From Pelagomonas calceolata (taxonomy: Eukaryota), in NCBI GenBank assembly GCA_918797485.1, contig CAKKNE010000001.1, forward strand, positions 3,906,001 to 3,970,000: a stretch of DNA of 64,000 nt, in the 5' to 3' direction. Position numbers and translations under genes: made by a program. The notes under the pieces are model-generated. The model saw nothing but the letters and a program-made list of their open reading frames with translations, had not been told where the DNA came from and made no database searches. Shown piece by piece: positions 20,579 to 31,079 of the stretch (within the stretch, counting starts at the first letter, position 1; each line of letters begins with the position of its first letter).

Positions 20579-20599
20579 CTAGCGTCTGTAAGACACTAG
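20579..20599. promoter_or_regulatory. CTAG-bounded promoter motif (CTAGCGTCTGTAAGACACTAG)
   Basis: About 200 bp upstream of ATG 20796. Confidence 0.7.
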
Positions 20600-20795
20600 G
20601 CATCCCTAGCAAAAAAGCAAGGCCGCGCCAAACCTTAAAGCCGACGTTACGTTGCTCAATCGGCACAGCTCTTCAATTGAACACAAACTCGCACTGCAGC
20701 AGACACCAGTCAAAAGGCGCGCTGCCGAGACCGTTGACAGTCCAAAAAGAGCAGCAGTCAAAAAGCAGCACAAACCGCGCGCAGCAAGGACCGCG

Positions 20796-21323
20796 ATGGC
20801 CAGCGCCCGCAAGAACCTCTGCGCCGCCCTCAAAATCGACTGCTTCGCGCCGAAGCCCGTCCCCGAAAAGGAGGAGGCCCCGGACCTCGAGGCCGGCGGC
20901 GACGAGGAGTTGGATTACAAGCAAGAGACGACAACGCCCGTCGCGGAGCCGCGGCCGCCCGCGTCGCTGCGGCGGTCGCCGTCCGACGAGCCCTACCTCG
21001 AGCCCCGCGACGACGACGACGCGCCGAACGCGCTCGTGAAGGTCGCGCGGTCGTCGACGGCGCTGCCCGCGTTCGTCAGCCTAGCCTTCTTCCAGATGAT
21101 CGCCATGGTCGGTTGGATGATGATGGCCATGGCGTCGCGCGCCGTGCGCGTCTTCTACGCCGCTTCCAACGCTCCTCTCCAACTCGAGGACGACGGCGGC
21201 GCGACGCTGCCCCTGCATTCGACCGAAGCGCCGCGGCCGCAGCCGGCCTGGGTGCGCGCGGCCTCCGAGCCCGAGGAGCTCCAGACGGAGTTCTCCTTCG
21301 CGCCGGCGCCGGAGGCGGACTGA
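20796..21323 (+). CDS. Hypothetical protein with one predicted TM helix
   Basis: ORF with GC3-rich codon usage; hydrophobic stretch LPAFVSLAFFQMIAMVGWMMMAM. Confidence 0.55.
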   Translation: MASARKNLCAALKIDCFAPKPVPEKEEAPDLEAGGDEELDYKQETTTPVAEPRPPASLRRSPSDEPYLEPRDDDDAPNALVKVARSSTALPAFVSLAFFQMIAMVGWMMMAMASRAVRVFYAASNAPLQLEDDGGATLPLHSTEAPRPQPAWVRAASEPEELQTEFSFAPAPEAD

Positions 21324-21361
21324 GGCGTCGGGGCGGGGAACTATGTAATGTGTCTGTTTAC

Positions 21362-23236
21362 TCAGACGGCGTCCTCGCCCGCGAGCGAGTAGTAGCGCCC
21401 CGCGAGGTACTGGAGGAACGCGCCCGTCGACCACGTCACGCGATAGACCTTGCCGCTCACCTTCCACTCGCGCGCGAAGAGCAGCGCGACGCCCGACGCG
21501 TCCTCGCTCACGATGAAGTCGAGACATCGCAAGAACCGCACGCCGTTCGCGCGGTCCATCGGTTTTGCTCCTTCATCATCAACTAAAGCCTGGATCTTCG
21601 GCCGCACGTCCGTCTCGTAGCTTAGGTAGCGAGGCGCGTCCTTCCTCTCAACCACACCGGCCGCGACGGCGACGTAGAAGAAGCCCGCGCTGCAGATGAT
21701 TCTGATTGGCGAAGAATCGCGGGAGTGTTTTTGCAATTGTTCCCGTAGAGGGCCGAAGGGCGCCGTGATGGACGCCGTGCACGCCGTGCGCCATCCCTCA
21801 ATCTCATCGGTTTCGACGAGGGCGATGCCCTCCTTGAGAGCTACGCGTGCGGAGAGGTGGTGGGCACCGTGGCCGCCGGCGCCGTCCATGCTCGTCTGCA
21901 CGGAACCCTTGCCGCCCGCCAGGGCCGCGATCGGCGGTTCCGCGGCAAACTCGATGGCCATCGCGTGCTTGACCGAGATCCACTCTAATGAAGCCTCTTC
22001 TTGTCCGCTCAAAACTTCAAAGTTCCATTTTGCGGATGCAGGCAAGACGCGCATGACCGTGTTCCGCAGCCACGCCAATGCCGGTTCCGCTTTCGTCGCG
22101 ACCTCGTGTTCCGAGAAGTCGCGGTACCACTGCGTCGCGCCGCATCGAACACCCGCGAAGCGATCCTCGAACGAATCACCATTTGCGAGGGTCGCGTCGA
22201 TGCGCTCTTTTGCTGTAGTTGTAGCCTGGCGGATGTTCGCCTCAACCTCTTCGAGCTCCGACGACTGTCTAGCTGGCCGATCCACGAGGTTGAAGGGGCA
22301 CGTCAGCAGATCCTCATACACCAAAGACCCGTCCGCGCCCAACGCGAGGAGCTTGAAGGCCATCTGGCCCGTTCCTAGGTCGATATACAACGTCGCCGTA
22401 CTACCGGCCCTATAAACAGTCATAGCTTTGGCACGGTCCGCGAGGACGTCCTCCTGCATGCTCTCATCTTCTGGTGAAAGGTGGTCCGCGTTGCCCACCA
22501 ATACCCTATCGAGCAACGCCTGCTGCTCGTAGACCTTCCGCCGGAACGGCAACGATTCATTATCGTCAAAAATGGCCTGGACGTCCGCTGGCGCCGACGC
22601 GATGATGTCGTTCAGCGGCGCGTACGACGCGTGCGCCGCGTCCGCCTCGTGGAGGAGTTGTATTGGTTTTCCTAAACGCATAGCGGCCCGTACCTCGAAG
22701 ACGCACCAGGCCCTTTCGAAGACACCTTTCGTCAAAATAAGCATAAATACGGCCGACGTCCGGATGCCTTCGAGCATGCCGAGTTGCGTGATGTGCATGC
22801 TCTCCTGATCATACCAGCACGAGTAGCCTCGAATCTTCATCTGCAGGTCGATCACCGCGCAGATGTCCGACGCTTCCCGCTGGAAATGCGACAGGAAGAA
22901 GGCATGTTCCAGCTTTAAAGTTTCTGGGGAGGATTTGAGCAATTGCGTTATTGTCTCGTGATGTGTTTGTGAAGAGGGCACCTCCCGAGGTTTTGATGGT
23001 GATGGTGGTTCCGCGGCGGCGACTTGCGCCCTCGTCCGCTTCACGAGCCCGTCGGCCTTTTCCAAGCGCCTCCGCAACAGGTGATTCTCATCAGTCAAAT
23101 TCTCGACGGCGCGCCGCAGTTCCTCCATCTCGCGCCGCTGCTCGCCGTGGTGCTGCTCCTGCTTGCGCTGCATGATCTCGACGCGGTGCGTCAATTTCAG
23201 GAGCGCGTCGGCGACGTCCTCGGGGGGCGTGTCCAT
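21362..23236 (-). CDS. Coiled-coil + TIR domain + divergent ASKHA (apyrase/Ppx-like) domain protein
   Basis: TIR: FFLSH, CWYDQ, MLEGIRTSAVFMLILTKGVFERAWCVFEV..A....KPI. ASKHA: IDLGTG, GATQWYR, LSGQEEA..EW, AGGKGSVQ, TWSTG. Confidence 0.85.
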   Translation of the reverse strand: MDTPPEDVADALLKLTHRVEIMQRKQEQHHGEQRREMEELRRAVENLTDENHLLRRRLEKADGLVKRTRAQVAAAEPPSPSKPREVPSSQTHHETITQLLKSSPETLKLEHAFFLSHFQREASDICAVIDLQMKIRGYSCWYDQESMHITQLGMLEGIRTSAVFMLILTKGVFERAWCVFEVRAAMRLGKPIQLLHEADAAHASYAPLNDIIASAPADVQAIFDDNESLPFRRKVYEQQALLDRVLVGNADHLSPEDESMQEDVLADRAKAMTVYRAGSTATLYIDLGTGQMAFKLLALGADGSLVYEDLLTCPFNLVDRPARQSSELEEVEANIRQATTTAKERIDATLANGDSFEDRFAGVRCGATQWYRDFSEHEVATKAEPALAWLRNTVMRVLPASAKWNFEVLSGQEEASLEWISVKHAMAIEFAAEPPIAALAGGKGSVQTSMDGAGGHGAHHLSARVALKEGIALVETDEIEGWRTACTASITAPFGPLREQLQKHSRDSSPIRIICSAGFFYVAVAAGVVERKDAPRYLSYETDVRPKIQALVDDEGAKPMDRANGVRFLRCLDFIVSEDASGVALLFAREWKVSGKVYRVTWSTGAFLQYLAGRYYSLAGEDAV

Positions 23237-23696
23237 CCTGGTGCTGGTTGTGTCACAAGGGGCAGCGTCGACGGCGTTTTGGGCGGTGGCTGCGGGTGGC
23301 GGGCAGCCGGTTGGACGCTGCCTCGTTGGTGTTAGGACAAGGCAGCTTGGTCAGCGCGCACAAGCCCCATGCGGCGCTGGAACGCCTCAGCGGCGGAGAG
23401 TTGCGAGCAGTTGGGTCGGCGATGCCTCCGCCGCTGGCCTTGGATGGATCGGGAAGCTTCCTACGACTCTGTCCTCGAGAAAAAAGGGCGCAAAAAAGCG
23501 CGCGGGTTTCTCGCGCAATAAAGGCGTTGCTTTTGTTTTTGCCGCTGTGGCGCCGCCGCGGTAGCTGCGGGCCACTTGTAACGCTGCGCTTGAAGCGCCC
23601 TGAGGCCAGGCTCTCGCTGCGCTGCGAAAAAACGCCGCAAGGAACGCCCAAAAAACTCACCGTTCACGTGAACTGTAGCAAACGCGGCAGCGGACG

Positions 23697-26648
23697 ATGG
23701 ACCGCCTCAACGCCTTAAGAGGCACGCCCTCACCAAACGCGACCGCGCCGTCGCCCACCACGTCCCAGAAGGACGCCGCCGAGGCGAACGACTTCTTCGC
23801 GGCGCTCGCGGGCGGCGCCGACAACATCACGAGCCGGCGGCGCGCGCCGGCCAAGGCCGCCGCGCCCGTCGAGAAGACGCCCGCGCGGAGCTTCGTCGCG
23901 CTGCCGAGCCCGTCGACCTCCCAGAAGGACGACCAGGAGGCCCAGGACTTCTTCTCGACCCTTTTACAAGGATCGCAGCCGACGCCCGCCGCGACGCCCG
24001 CCGCGCGGCCCGCGCCGCCGCCGACGCCCATGTCGATCTCGCCGCCGCCGCCTCAACAAACGCAGCAGCAGCGCCGCGTGTCCTTCCGCGAGCCCGTCGA
24101 CGCGCCGCCGCCGCCGCTCCCGCGCACCGTGAGTGAGGATAATGAGACGCCGCCGAAGGAGACGGACGACGTTTTGAAGCTCGTCGACTCGTGGGGCGCC
24201 GACGCTTCGCCCGACGACGAGGCGGCGCGGCTCGCGCAGCTGCGCGCCGACGAGGAGCGGCGCCGCGCGTCGGAGGCGCACGCCGAGAGCGCGCGCAAGG
24301 TCGCGCTCGAGGAGGCCGCGGCCCGGGCCGAGGCCGAGGTGAGCGGCCTGCGCCGCGTCGCGACCGCGTCGCCCGAGGAGGGGAGCCGGCTTACTGAAAG
24401 ACGCCGCGCGCGGCGTGAGGCCACGGTCTGGTCCGCGGGCGGCTCGTCGTCGAGCGACGCCGACGCCGCGACGACGCCGGCGCCGACGGCGCCGAAGCGG
24501 ACGGATTCGGCCGAAGCGCGGGACTTCTTCGCGGCGCTCGGCGCGCCCGTCGCGGAGCCGGCCGCTTCTCCGGCGCCCGAGGCCGCGCCCGTGGAGCCGG
24601 AGGCGCCGGAGGCCGAGGTGCCGGCGCCCGAAGTCGCGGAGGCGCCCGCGATGCCGCCGCTGCCCGAGACGCCCGTCGCCGAAGCCTCGAGCACGAAGGA
24701 GCGCACGCCCGACGGCGCGCGCGTCGTGACGACGTGCGCGGGCGCCGTCGCGCGCGCGCCGCCGCCCGTCGAGCCCTCGGAGATCCCGGGCGCCGTCGCG
24801 CTGCCCGGCCTCGCCGCGCCGAAGCCCATCATTCCCGCGGCCGACGCGCCGCCGCCCGCGCCCACCGAGCCGGTCGCGCCCGCGGAGCCGGCGCCGCCCG
24901 TGCCGCCGACGCCGGCCGTCGCGCAACCGACCACCACTACAACGACGACGGCGCGCCGCAACGTCGTCACGTCCTGGGGCGCCGCGACCGCGCGCCGCGT
25001 GCCCGCCGCGGCGTCGCCGAAGCCTCCGTCCAAGACGCCGGCGCCGGCGAACGTCGTCCGCGGCTGGGGCCCCGCGGCGCGCGCGCCGGCGGCGCTGCCG
25101 ACGCCGGAGCGCAACCGCGCGAAGGCCGCCGCCGCCGCCGCCCGGCGCCGGAGCATGGCGCCCAGTGCGCCGCCGGAGAAGAAGAAGGTCGAGCGCAAGA
25201 GCTCGCTCACGGCGCCCGTCGCCCCGAAGTTCGCGGAACGGAAAGCTAGACCCCAACGGTTGTCGACGGAGGAGCAGCAGCTGCGCGCGGCGGCGCAGAA
25301 GCGCGCGCAACTCAAGGCGCGCCTCGCGGCGAACGCGCGCGCCGTGCCGGGCGCCGCCGGGACGGCGCGGCGCGCGGCGCGGGCGGCCGCGTCGCCGCGG
25401 CGCGTCGCCCCGCAGGCCAAGCCGGCGCCCGCCATGAGGCGCGGTCCTACCATTGCCAAGCCCTTCACGTTCGGCGCGTCGCGGCGCCAGACCGTGGCCT
25501 TCCGCGAGCCTGTGTCTCCTCCCCTCGCGGAACGATTGGCGAAGGCCGACGCCGCCGTGCCGTCGCGGTGGCGCAAGGAGCCGGCGCCCCGCACCAAACG
25601 GCGCCAGACGCTCACGCAACCGGCGTCGCCCGCCTTAGCGACCAAGAACCTGCGCCAGAAGCCGCCGCCGCCCCAAAAGAAGGAGGAGGTCTGCACGGAC
25701 TTCAAGGCGCGGGAGTTGGATCAGAGAATCCTCGGCGACGCCGGCGGCTGCGTCGGCGTGCCCGTCGTGGCCTCGAGGCCCTGCACGGCGCCGGCGCCTC
25801 CCAGACTACACGCGACGCGCGCGAAGCCGATCGCCATGTCGCGCGACGAGTACGAACTGTCAAAGCCGGCGTTCAAGGCGCGGGAGTGCCCCGGCGGCAT
25901 GGCGCGGTTTGCTTTCCTGCGTCCCTTCCCTTCGACACCCGAACCATTGCCTCGATGGCGTCGACGCCGACACGCCATCGGCGCGATCGACACTCAACAA
26001 CACAGGCCCTCGACGGCGCCCGCGCAACAACCGCGCCACACGAAACACCAGCGCAAAACTATGTCAAGGCCCTTCTCGGCGCGCCCGGCGCCCCCGCAGA
26101 AGTTCGAGGTCGCCAAGTCGAGCAAGCCGCTCACGGTAGCACAGACGCCGCCCATGCCCGGACTAGTCAGGCACCAGCAAGCGACGCAGCGCTTCGAGCA
26201 GAAGAAACGTAACGAAGCGAAGGCCCTGAAAAGGCGGCAGTCGCGCGGTTTGGTGTTGAGAGAGCGCGACAGCAACACGCAGAATCTTGATGCTCGGTTC
26301 GAGAAACGAAAGGCCTACGACGCGGAACTCAAAAGACGGCAGGCTCTACGTACTGTACAGGCGGCGCAGGAGGCCGACGAGGCCAAAAGGCTCGAAGAAG
26401 AGACATTGAGGAGGGAGCGGATGACGCCGGCGGCCAAGGGCGGCATGCAGTTCGTCGCCTCGGCGAAGCGCTACGGGCGGCACGGCTCCTTGACGAATCC
26501 TGATGATCTTGTGGAAGAGACGCCTCTGGCGGGTGCGCTGGTCGACTACGGGACGCCTCAGCACGCCGAGAGTGACGTCTACGCGGCGACGCCCGTCGGC
26601 GAGGCCGCCGAGGGCCGCATCGCCGAGGCCGTCGTGGAGGCCTGCTGA
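23697..26648 (+). CDS. TPX2-like microtubule-associated protein; probable in-frame intron 25907-26005
   Basis: Repeated TPX2-type motifs LTAPVAPKF, TIAKPFTF, LTQPASPALAT, FKARELD..IL, FKARECP, FSARPAP, KPLTVAQTP, with C-terminal coiled coil. Confidence 0.75.
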   Translation: MDRLNALRGTPSPNATAPSPTTSQKDAAEANDFFAALAGGADNITSRRRAPAKAAAPVEKTPARSFVALPSPSTSQKDDQEAQDFFSTLLQGSQPTPAATPAARPAPPPTPMSISPPPPQQTQQQRRVSFREPVDAPPPPLPRTVSEDNETPPKETDDVLKLVDSWGADASPDDEAARLAQLRADEERRRASEAHAESARKVALEEAAARAEAEVSGLRRVATASPEEGSRLTERRRARREATVWSAGGSSSSDADAATTPAPTAPKRTDSAEARDFFAALGAPVAEPAASPAPEAAPVEPEAPEAEVPAPEVAEAPAMPPLPETPVAEASSTKERTPDGARVVTTCAGAVARAPPPVEPSEIPGAVALPGLAAPKPIIPAADAPPPAPTEPVAPAEPAPPVPPTPAVAQPTTTTTTTARRNVVTSWGAATARRVPAAASPKPPSKTPAPANVVRGWGPAARAPAALPTPERNRAKAAAAAARRRSMAPSAPPEKKKVERKSSLTAPVAPKFAERKARPQRLSTEEQQLRAAAQKRAQLKARLAANARAVPGAAGTARRAARAAASPRRVAPQAKPAPAMRRGPTIAKPFTFGASRRQTVAFREPVSPPLAERLAKADAAVPSRWRKEPAPRTKRRQTLTQPASPALATKNLRQKPPPPQKKEEVCTDFKARELDQRILGDAGGCVGVPVVASRPCTAPAPPRLHATRAKPIAMSRDEYELSKPAFKARECPGGMARFAFLRPFPSTPEPLPRWRRRRHAIGAIDTQQHRPSTAPAQQPRHTKHQRKTMSRPFSARPAPPQKFEVAKSSKPLTVAQTPPMPGLVRHQQATQRFEQKKRNEAKALKRRQSRGLVLRERDSNTQNLDARFEKRKAYDAELKRRQALRTVQAAQEADEAKRLEEETLRRERMTPAAKGGMQFVASAKRYGRHGSLTNPDDLVEETPLAGALVDYGTPQHAESDVYAATPVGEAAEGRIAEAVVEAC

Positions 26649-27013
26649 GCTCCTATTTCCCCCTTTCCCCTCCCCCTTGCCTAAGAGGTCTATATCAGTG
26701 GGTGGTGGGCGCGCAGGCCGTCTCGCGAGCCCGCGATGCGTCGCGAGCGCACTCTGTGGTTGCTTAGGTTCGAGTACCACTCGCCGGGTGTGCAGGCATC
26801 TTGAGAGGCGGGCTCTTCCAACCATGAAACGGCGACGGGCGCGGTACGTGAAAAATAAGAAATCAGCCTAAGGAGCCATCTGCCGGCCTGGGAGCAGGGG
26901 GGGGAGGCCTCTGAGAGTCATGCAAGGACGGAAAGGCGCCTACTCCGATTCGCATCTCAGGTGGCCACGGAGGCAGGCATCGCGTCGTACGCAGCTGCGA
27001 CCTAGCCGCAATC

Positions 27014-29366
27014 ATGAAGTGCGCCGCGATAGCTCTCGCCCTGCAGGGCGCCACCGGTCTGGTGGCGCCGCGCCTGACGGTGAAATCGTCGGCGCTCAAT
27101 GCCGCCACGCTCGAAGCTAGCCCCAGCGTCGCCCACAGCTATCCTTGCAAAAGCGATCGCCGCGCGCCTCGCGCCGACCCAAAAACCAGCCCGCAGCGGT
27201 ACAGATGCACGCGCGCTGCTCCCCAGCCAGCGCTGTTGCAAAAAACGCATCGCACACACACATCCGCCGAGGACGGCGCCGCCGCACCCCTGGTTGCAAA
27301 AAACGCCACTCCACCTCCCGCGCTGCCACGCACCACATCACTCACAACTACAAACATAGGTCGCCCCGGCCACGTCCGAGGCCCTCCAGACCGCCGCCAA
27401 CGAGGCGCGCGGCCTCGCGATGGACTCGATCGCCGCGGCCAAGTCCGGCCACCTCGGCCTGCCGCTCGGCGCCGCCGAGATGGGCGCGGTCCTCTTCGGC
27501 CAGTCCATGACCTTCAACCCCGACGACCCGACCTGGGTCAACCGCGACCGCTTCGTCCTCAGCGCGGGCCACGGCAGCATGTTCCTCTACTCGTGGCTCC
27601 ACCTGGCCGGCTACGACATCCCCAAGGACGAGGTCGCGAACTTCCGCCAGCACCACAGCGCCACGCCGGGCCACCCCGAGTTCCCGAACTCGGAACACAC
27701 GACGCCGGGTATCGAGGCCACGACCGGTCCTCTGGGAGCCGGTATCTCGAACTGCGCGGGCCTCGCCGCGGCCTCCAAGATGTCGGCCGCCATGTTCAAC
27801 ACGCCGGAGCACACGATCTTCGACAACCACATCTTCTGCATGGTCGGCGACGGCTGCCTCCAGGAGGGCGTCAGTGCCGAGGCGTCGTGCTTCGCGGCGC
27901 ACGAGAAGCTCGACAACTTGATCGTCTTGTACGACGCGAATGATGTCACGCTCGACAAGATGGCCGAGTTCACGCAGTCCGAGGATGTGGGTGCCAGATA
28001 CGAGGCCTACGGCTGGGACGTCATCACGCTGACGGACGGCCACGACCTCAAGGCCATCTACGAGGCCATCGAGGAGGCCAAGGCCAACGACAACGGCAAG
28101 CCGACCATGATCATCGCCAAGACCGAGATCGGCCGCGGCATCGACGAGGTCGCCGGCACGAACGCCGCGCACGGCGAGGCCGGCGTCGCGTACGTCGACG
28201 AGGCCCGCAAGAACTTGGGCCTCCCGGCGGACAAGTGGCACGTGTCCGACGACACCTACAAGTTCTTCGCCGACCGCAAGGCCGCCCAGAAGGCGTCGTA
28301 CGACGCGTGGCAGGCCACCTACAAGGCCTGGCAGTCCGCGAACCCGGACCAGGCCAAGATCCTCCAGGACGGTATTGATGGCAAGACCCCCTCCGAGGCC
28401 GAGCTCCTCAAGGCCATCCCCAAGGGCTCGGGCGACGCCGAGGCGACGCGCATCTCCGGCAGCGCCATCATCAACGACATCGCGGCGGCCATGCCCCTCT
28501 ACATCTCGGGCTCCGCGGACCTCCACGGCTCGAACAAGAACTACATCAAGGGCGCCGGCGACTTCGGCGCCGACTTCGGCAAGTCGTACAAGGGCCGCAA
28601 CGTCTACTACGGCATCCGCGAGCACGCCATGGGCTGCATCATGAACGGCTTCGCCTACTACGGCCTCTTCCGCCCGTCCGGCGCGACGTTCCTCGTCTTC
28701 GCCGACTACATGCGCGCCGCGGTCCGCATCGCCGCGCTCGCGGAGCTCCCCGTCTCGTACATCTGGACGCACGACTCCATCGGCGTCGGCGAGGACGGCC
28801 CGACGCACCAGCCCGTCGAGACGGTCTCCGGCCTCCGCGCCTTCCCGAACCTCGACGTCTTCCGGCCCGCGGACTACGAGGAGACGGCCGGCGCGTACGT
28901 CGGCGCCGCCGTCCGCACGGACGGCCCGACCGCCCTCATCCTCTCGCGCCAGAACCTCGACCAGACGGGCACGACCAGCCGCGAGGACACGCTCAAGGGC
29001 GGCTACGTCGCCGTCAAGGAGACCGGCGACTTGAAATGCATCATCATCGCGACGGGTTCCGAGCTGCAACACGCCGTGGCCGCGGCGAAGCAGATCGGCG
29101 GCGGCGTCCGCGTCGTGTCCATGCCGTGCATGGAGCGCTTCGACCGCCAGTCCGACGCCTACAAGGCCGAGGTCCTCCCCGACTCGTGCCGCAAGCGCGT
29201 CGCCATGGAGGCCGGCGTGTCCACCATGTGGTACAAGTACGTCGGCCTCGACGGCAAGGTCATCGGCGTCGACCGCTTCGGCTTCTCGGCGCCCGGCGAC
29301 ATCGTCATGTCCGAGCTCGGCATGACGGCCGACAACTGCGCCAAGGAGGTCAAGGCCTACATGTAG
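27014..29366 (+). CDS. tkt: Plastid transketolase with bipartite presequence; intron ending at 27359 (donor 27128, 27116 or 27080)
   Basis: [56 protein letters not shown]. Exon 1 [19 protein letters not shown]; phase-0 acceptor CATAG|GTC. Confidence 0.95.
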
Positions 29367-29480
29367 GCTGCTTGATCTGAGCAGAAACAAGTCCCAAGTC
29401 CCGGCGCGTGCGTTGCGCCTCCGTGTAATAGCGACCCACTCGTGGTGGGCGCTTTCGATCTTATACTTAGACTCCTCGTC

Positions 29481-30599
29481 TTACGCGCGCCCCCGGAGCG
29501 TGGCTCGCGCGGTTTGCAAGGTCTCCTCAATTCCCACCGCGAGCGGGTGCGCGCCGCCGAGCACGCGACGCGCGATCGGTCCTACCTCCTCGAGCGTCGT
29601 CACGGCCTCGCGGAGGTCGTCGTGCGTGGCGGCGGGGTCCTGGTAGAGCACCTTCGCATAAATCGACCGCATCGAGAGCATGAGATCATGACTCTCGCCT
29701 AACTTCCGTCGCGCTACAGGAATTTGCTTGCGCAGCAGCGACTTGGCCTCTTCGAAGCGCTGTAGGCCTTTCAGGGACGTCGCGTAGTTGATACCTGCTG
29801 AAAGGGTTTCTCTATCTTCTTCGCCTACGACCCTCAGATTTCCAAAATATACGTCTCGCCGCAGGCGTAAGGCATCTTGCATTCGTCCGAGCGCATAATA
29901 TGTGCCCGCAAGATTGCCCTGCACGACGAGAATGCTACGTTCCTGTTCGCCATGTCGCCGGCTCAGAGACAAGTCAGCCTCTTGGACGGGCAACGCGTCC
30001 TCGTACTTTTTTGCAGCGAATAAACCGCCCGCGAGCTGCCCCATGGCCAAGCACCGAAGCTGGTCCGTCTCCGGCCGACCCACGTACGTCTTCCAGCAGG
30101 CCCACCCGAGCGCGCACCGCACGACGCCGAAATACATTTGCTCGCACAGACTACACGTATCCCACCGCCGCCACCTCTCATTGAACGCCTTAGTGCCTAG
30201 ATTATTCTCCTCGGCCTCGTCACACAAAATCTTCGCCTGCTCCGCCAGGCACGACACGTGCGCGAAGCCCGCCGTCCCGCGGCACGCGCATCCGCGCACG
30301 AGGCCCTCCTTCGTCTTCCAATGCAAGGCCTGCGTGCAGATGTAGCACGTCTGGCCCTTCGTGTCGTCCGCGCACGCCTCCGCTGCGACCGCCACGGCCT
30401 CCGTGTACTTCGTATTTGCGTTGTATTGCTCGGCGCCGCCGGCTTTTTTAATTTTTTTGCAGAGCTGGTCGTGACCGCCCTCTTTCCAGTGTTGTTTCTG
30501 GCACGCGGGGCCGCAGTAGCGTGTGCTGCAGCGGCCGCATTTCTTGCCCAAGGATAAACCAAGGTCGGTGGCGCAGACGGCGCATTGCGTGAGGATCAT
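29481..30599 (-). CDS. MYND zinc finger + RING-variant + TPR protein
   Basis: CAVC..KKCGRC.TRYCG.ACQKQHW..GH...C; CYIC...LVRGCACRG..GFAHVSCL; kinesin-light-chain-type TPR repeats. Confidence 0.85.
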   Translation of the reverse strand: MILTQCAVCATDLGLSLGKKCGRCSTRYCGPACQKQHWKEGGHDQLCKKIKKAGGAEQYNANTKYTEAVAVAAEACADDTKGQTCYICTQALHWKTKEGLVRGCACRGTAGFAHVSCLAEQAKILCDEAEENNLGTKAFNERWRRWDTCSLCEQMYFGVVRCALGWACWKTYVGRPETDQLRCLAMGQLAGGLFAAKKYEDALPVQEADLSLSRRHGEQERSILVVQGNLAGTYYALGRMQDALRLRRDVYFGNLRVVGEEDRETLSAGINYATSLKGLQRFEEAKSLLRKQIPVARRKLGESHDLMLSMRSIYAKVLYQDPAATHDDLREAVTTLEEVGPIARRVLGGAHPLAVGIEETLQTARATLRGRA

Positions 30600-31079
30600 C
30601 TTGGGCCTTGTCAGGTGCTTTTGGGGCAGCCCTTCGCGTTGTTTTGGCCTGCTCTCGCGCCCTACACGGGCTGTGAGACGGCCGCGCCCCGTCCGAAACC
30701 AGGGAGGGACCCGATTGGTCCCTTGGACCCGGGGCAGCGATCGCACCGCCGCGCTGGATTAGATGAGAGGGCCCCCTTCAAATTCTCGGGGCCATCGTAC
30801 GCCTGCGAGCTCGTTGTTGGACCGGAGGCACCGCTGTTGGATACCTACGAACGGAGAGACGCATAACCCCGAGCCCACGCACAACCACAACCACACATCA
30901 AGCTTGAGTGTTGGTCATCAGGCAAAAAACGAGCTAGCGCGGGGCTCCTGCCCGGCTCTTCAAAAGTTGTCACGCGTGCCCAACCTCGCCTATAGCGTAG
31001 CCGAGGCCAGCGCAAGCGCAGACGCGCCGGCGCGGCGCCAGACAGGGACATCTGGGCCAAGGCTCTGAGGGAACAAAAG

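Noticed and set aside
27348..29390. 680-aa antisense ORF over transketolase (similarly 23964-25619 and 24053-25705 over the TPX2-like gene)
   Set aside because: Shadow ORFs caused by extreme GC3 bias; no recognisable domains.
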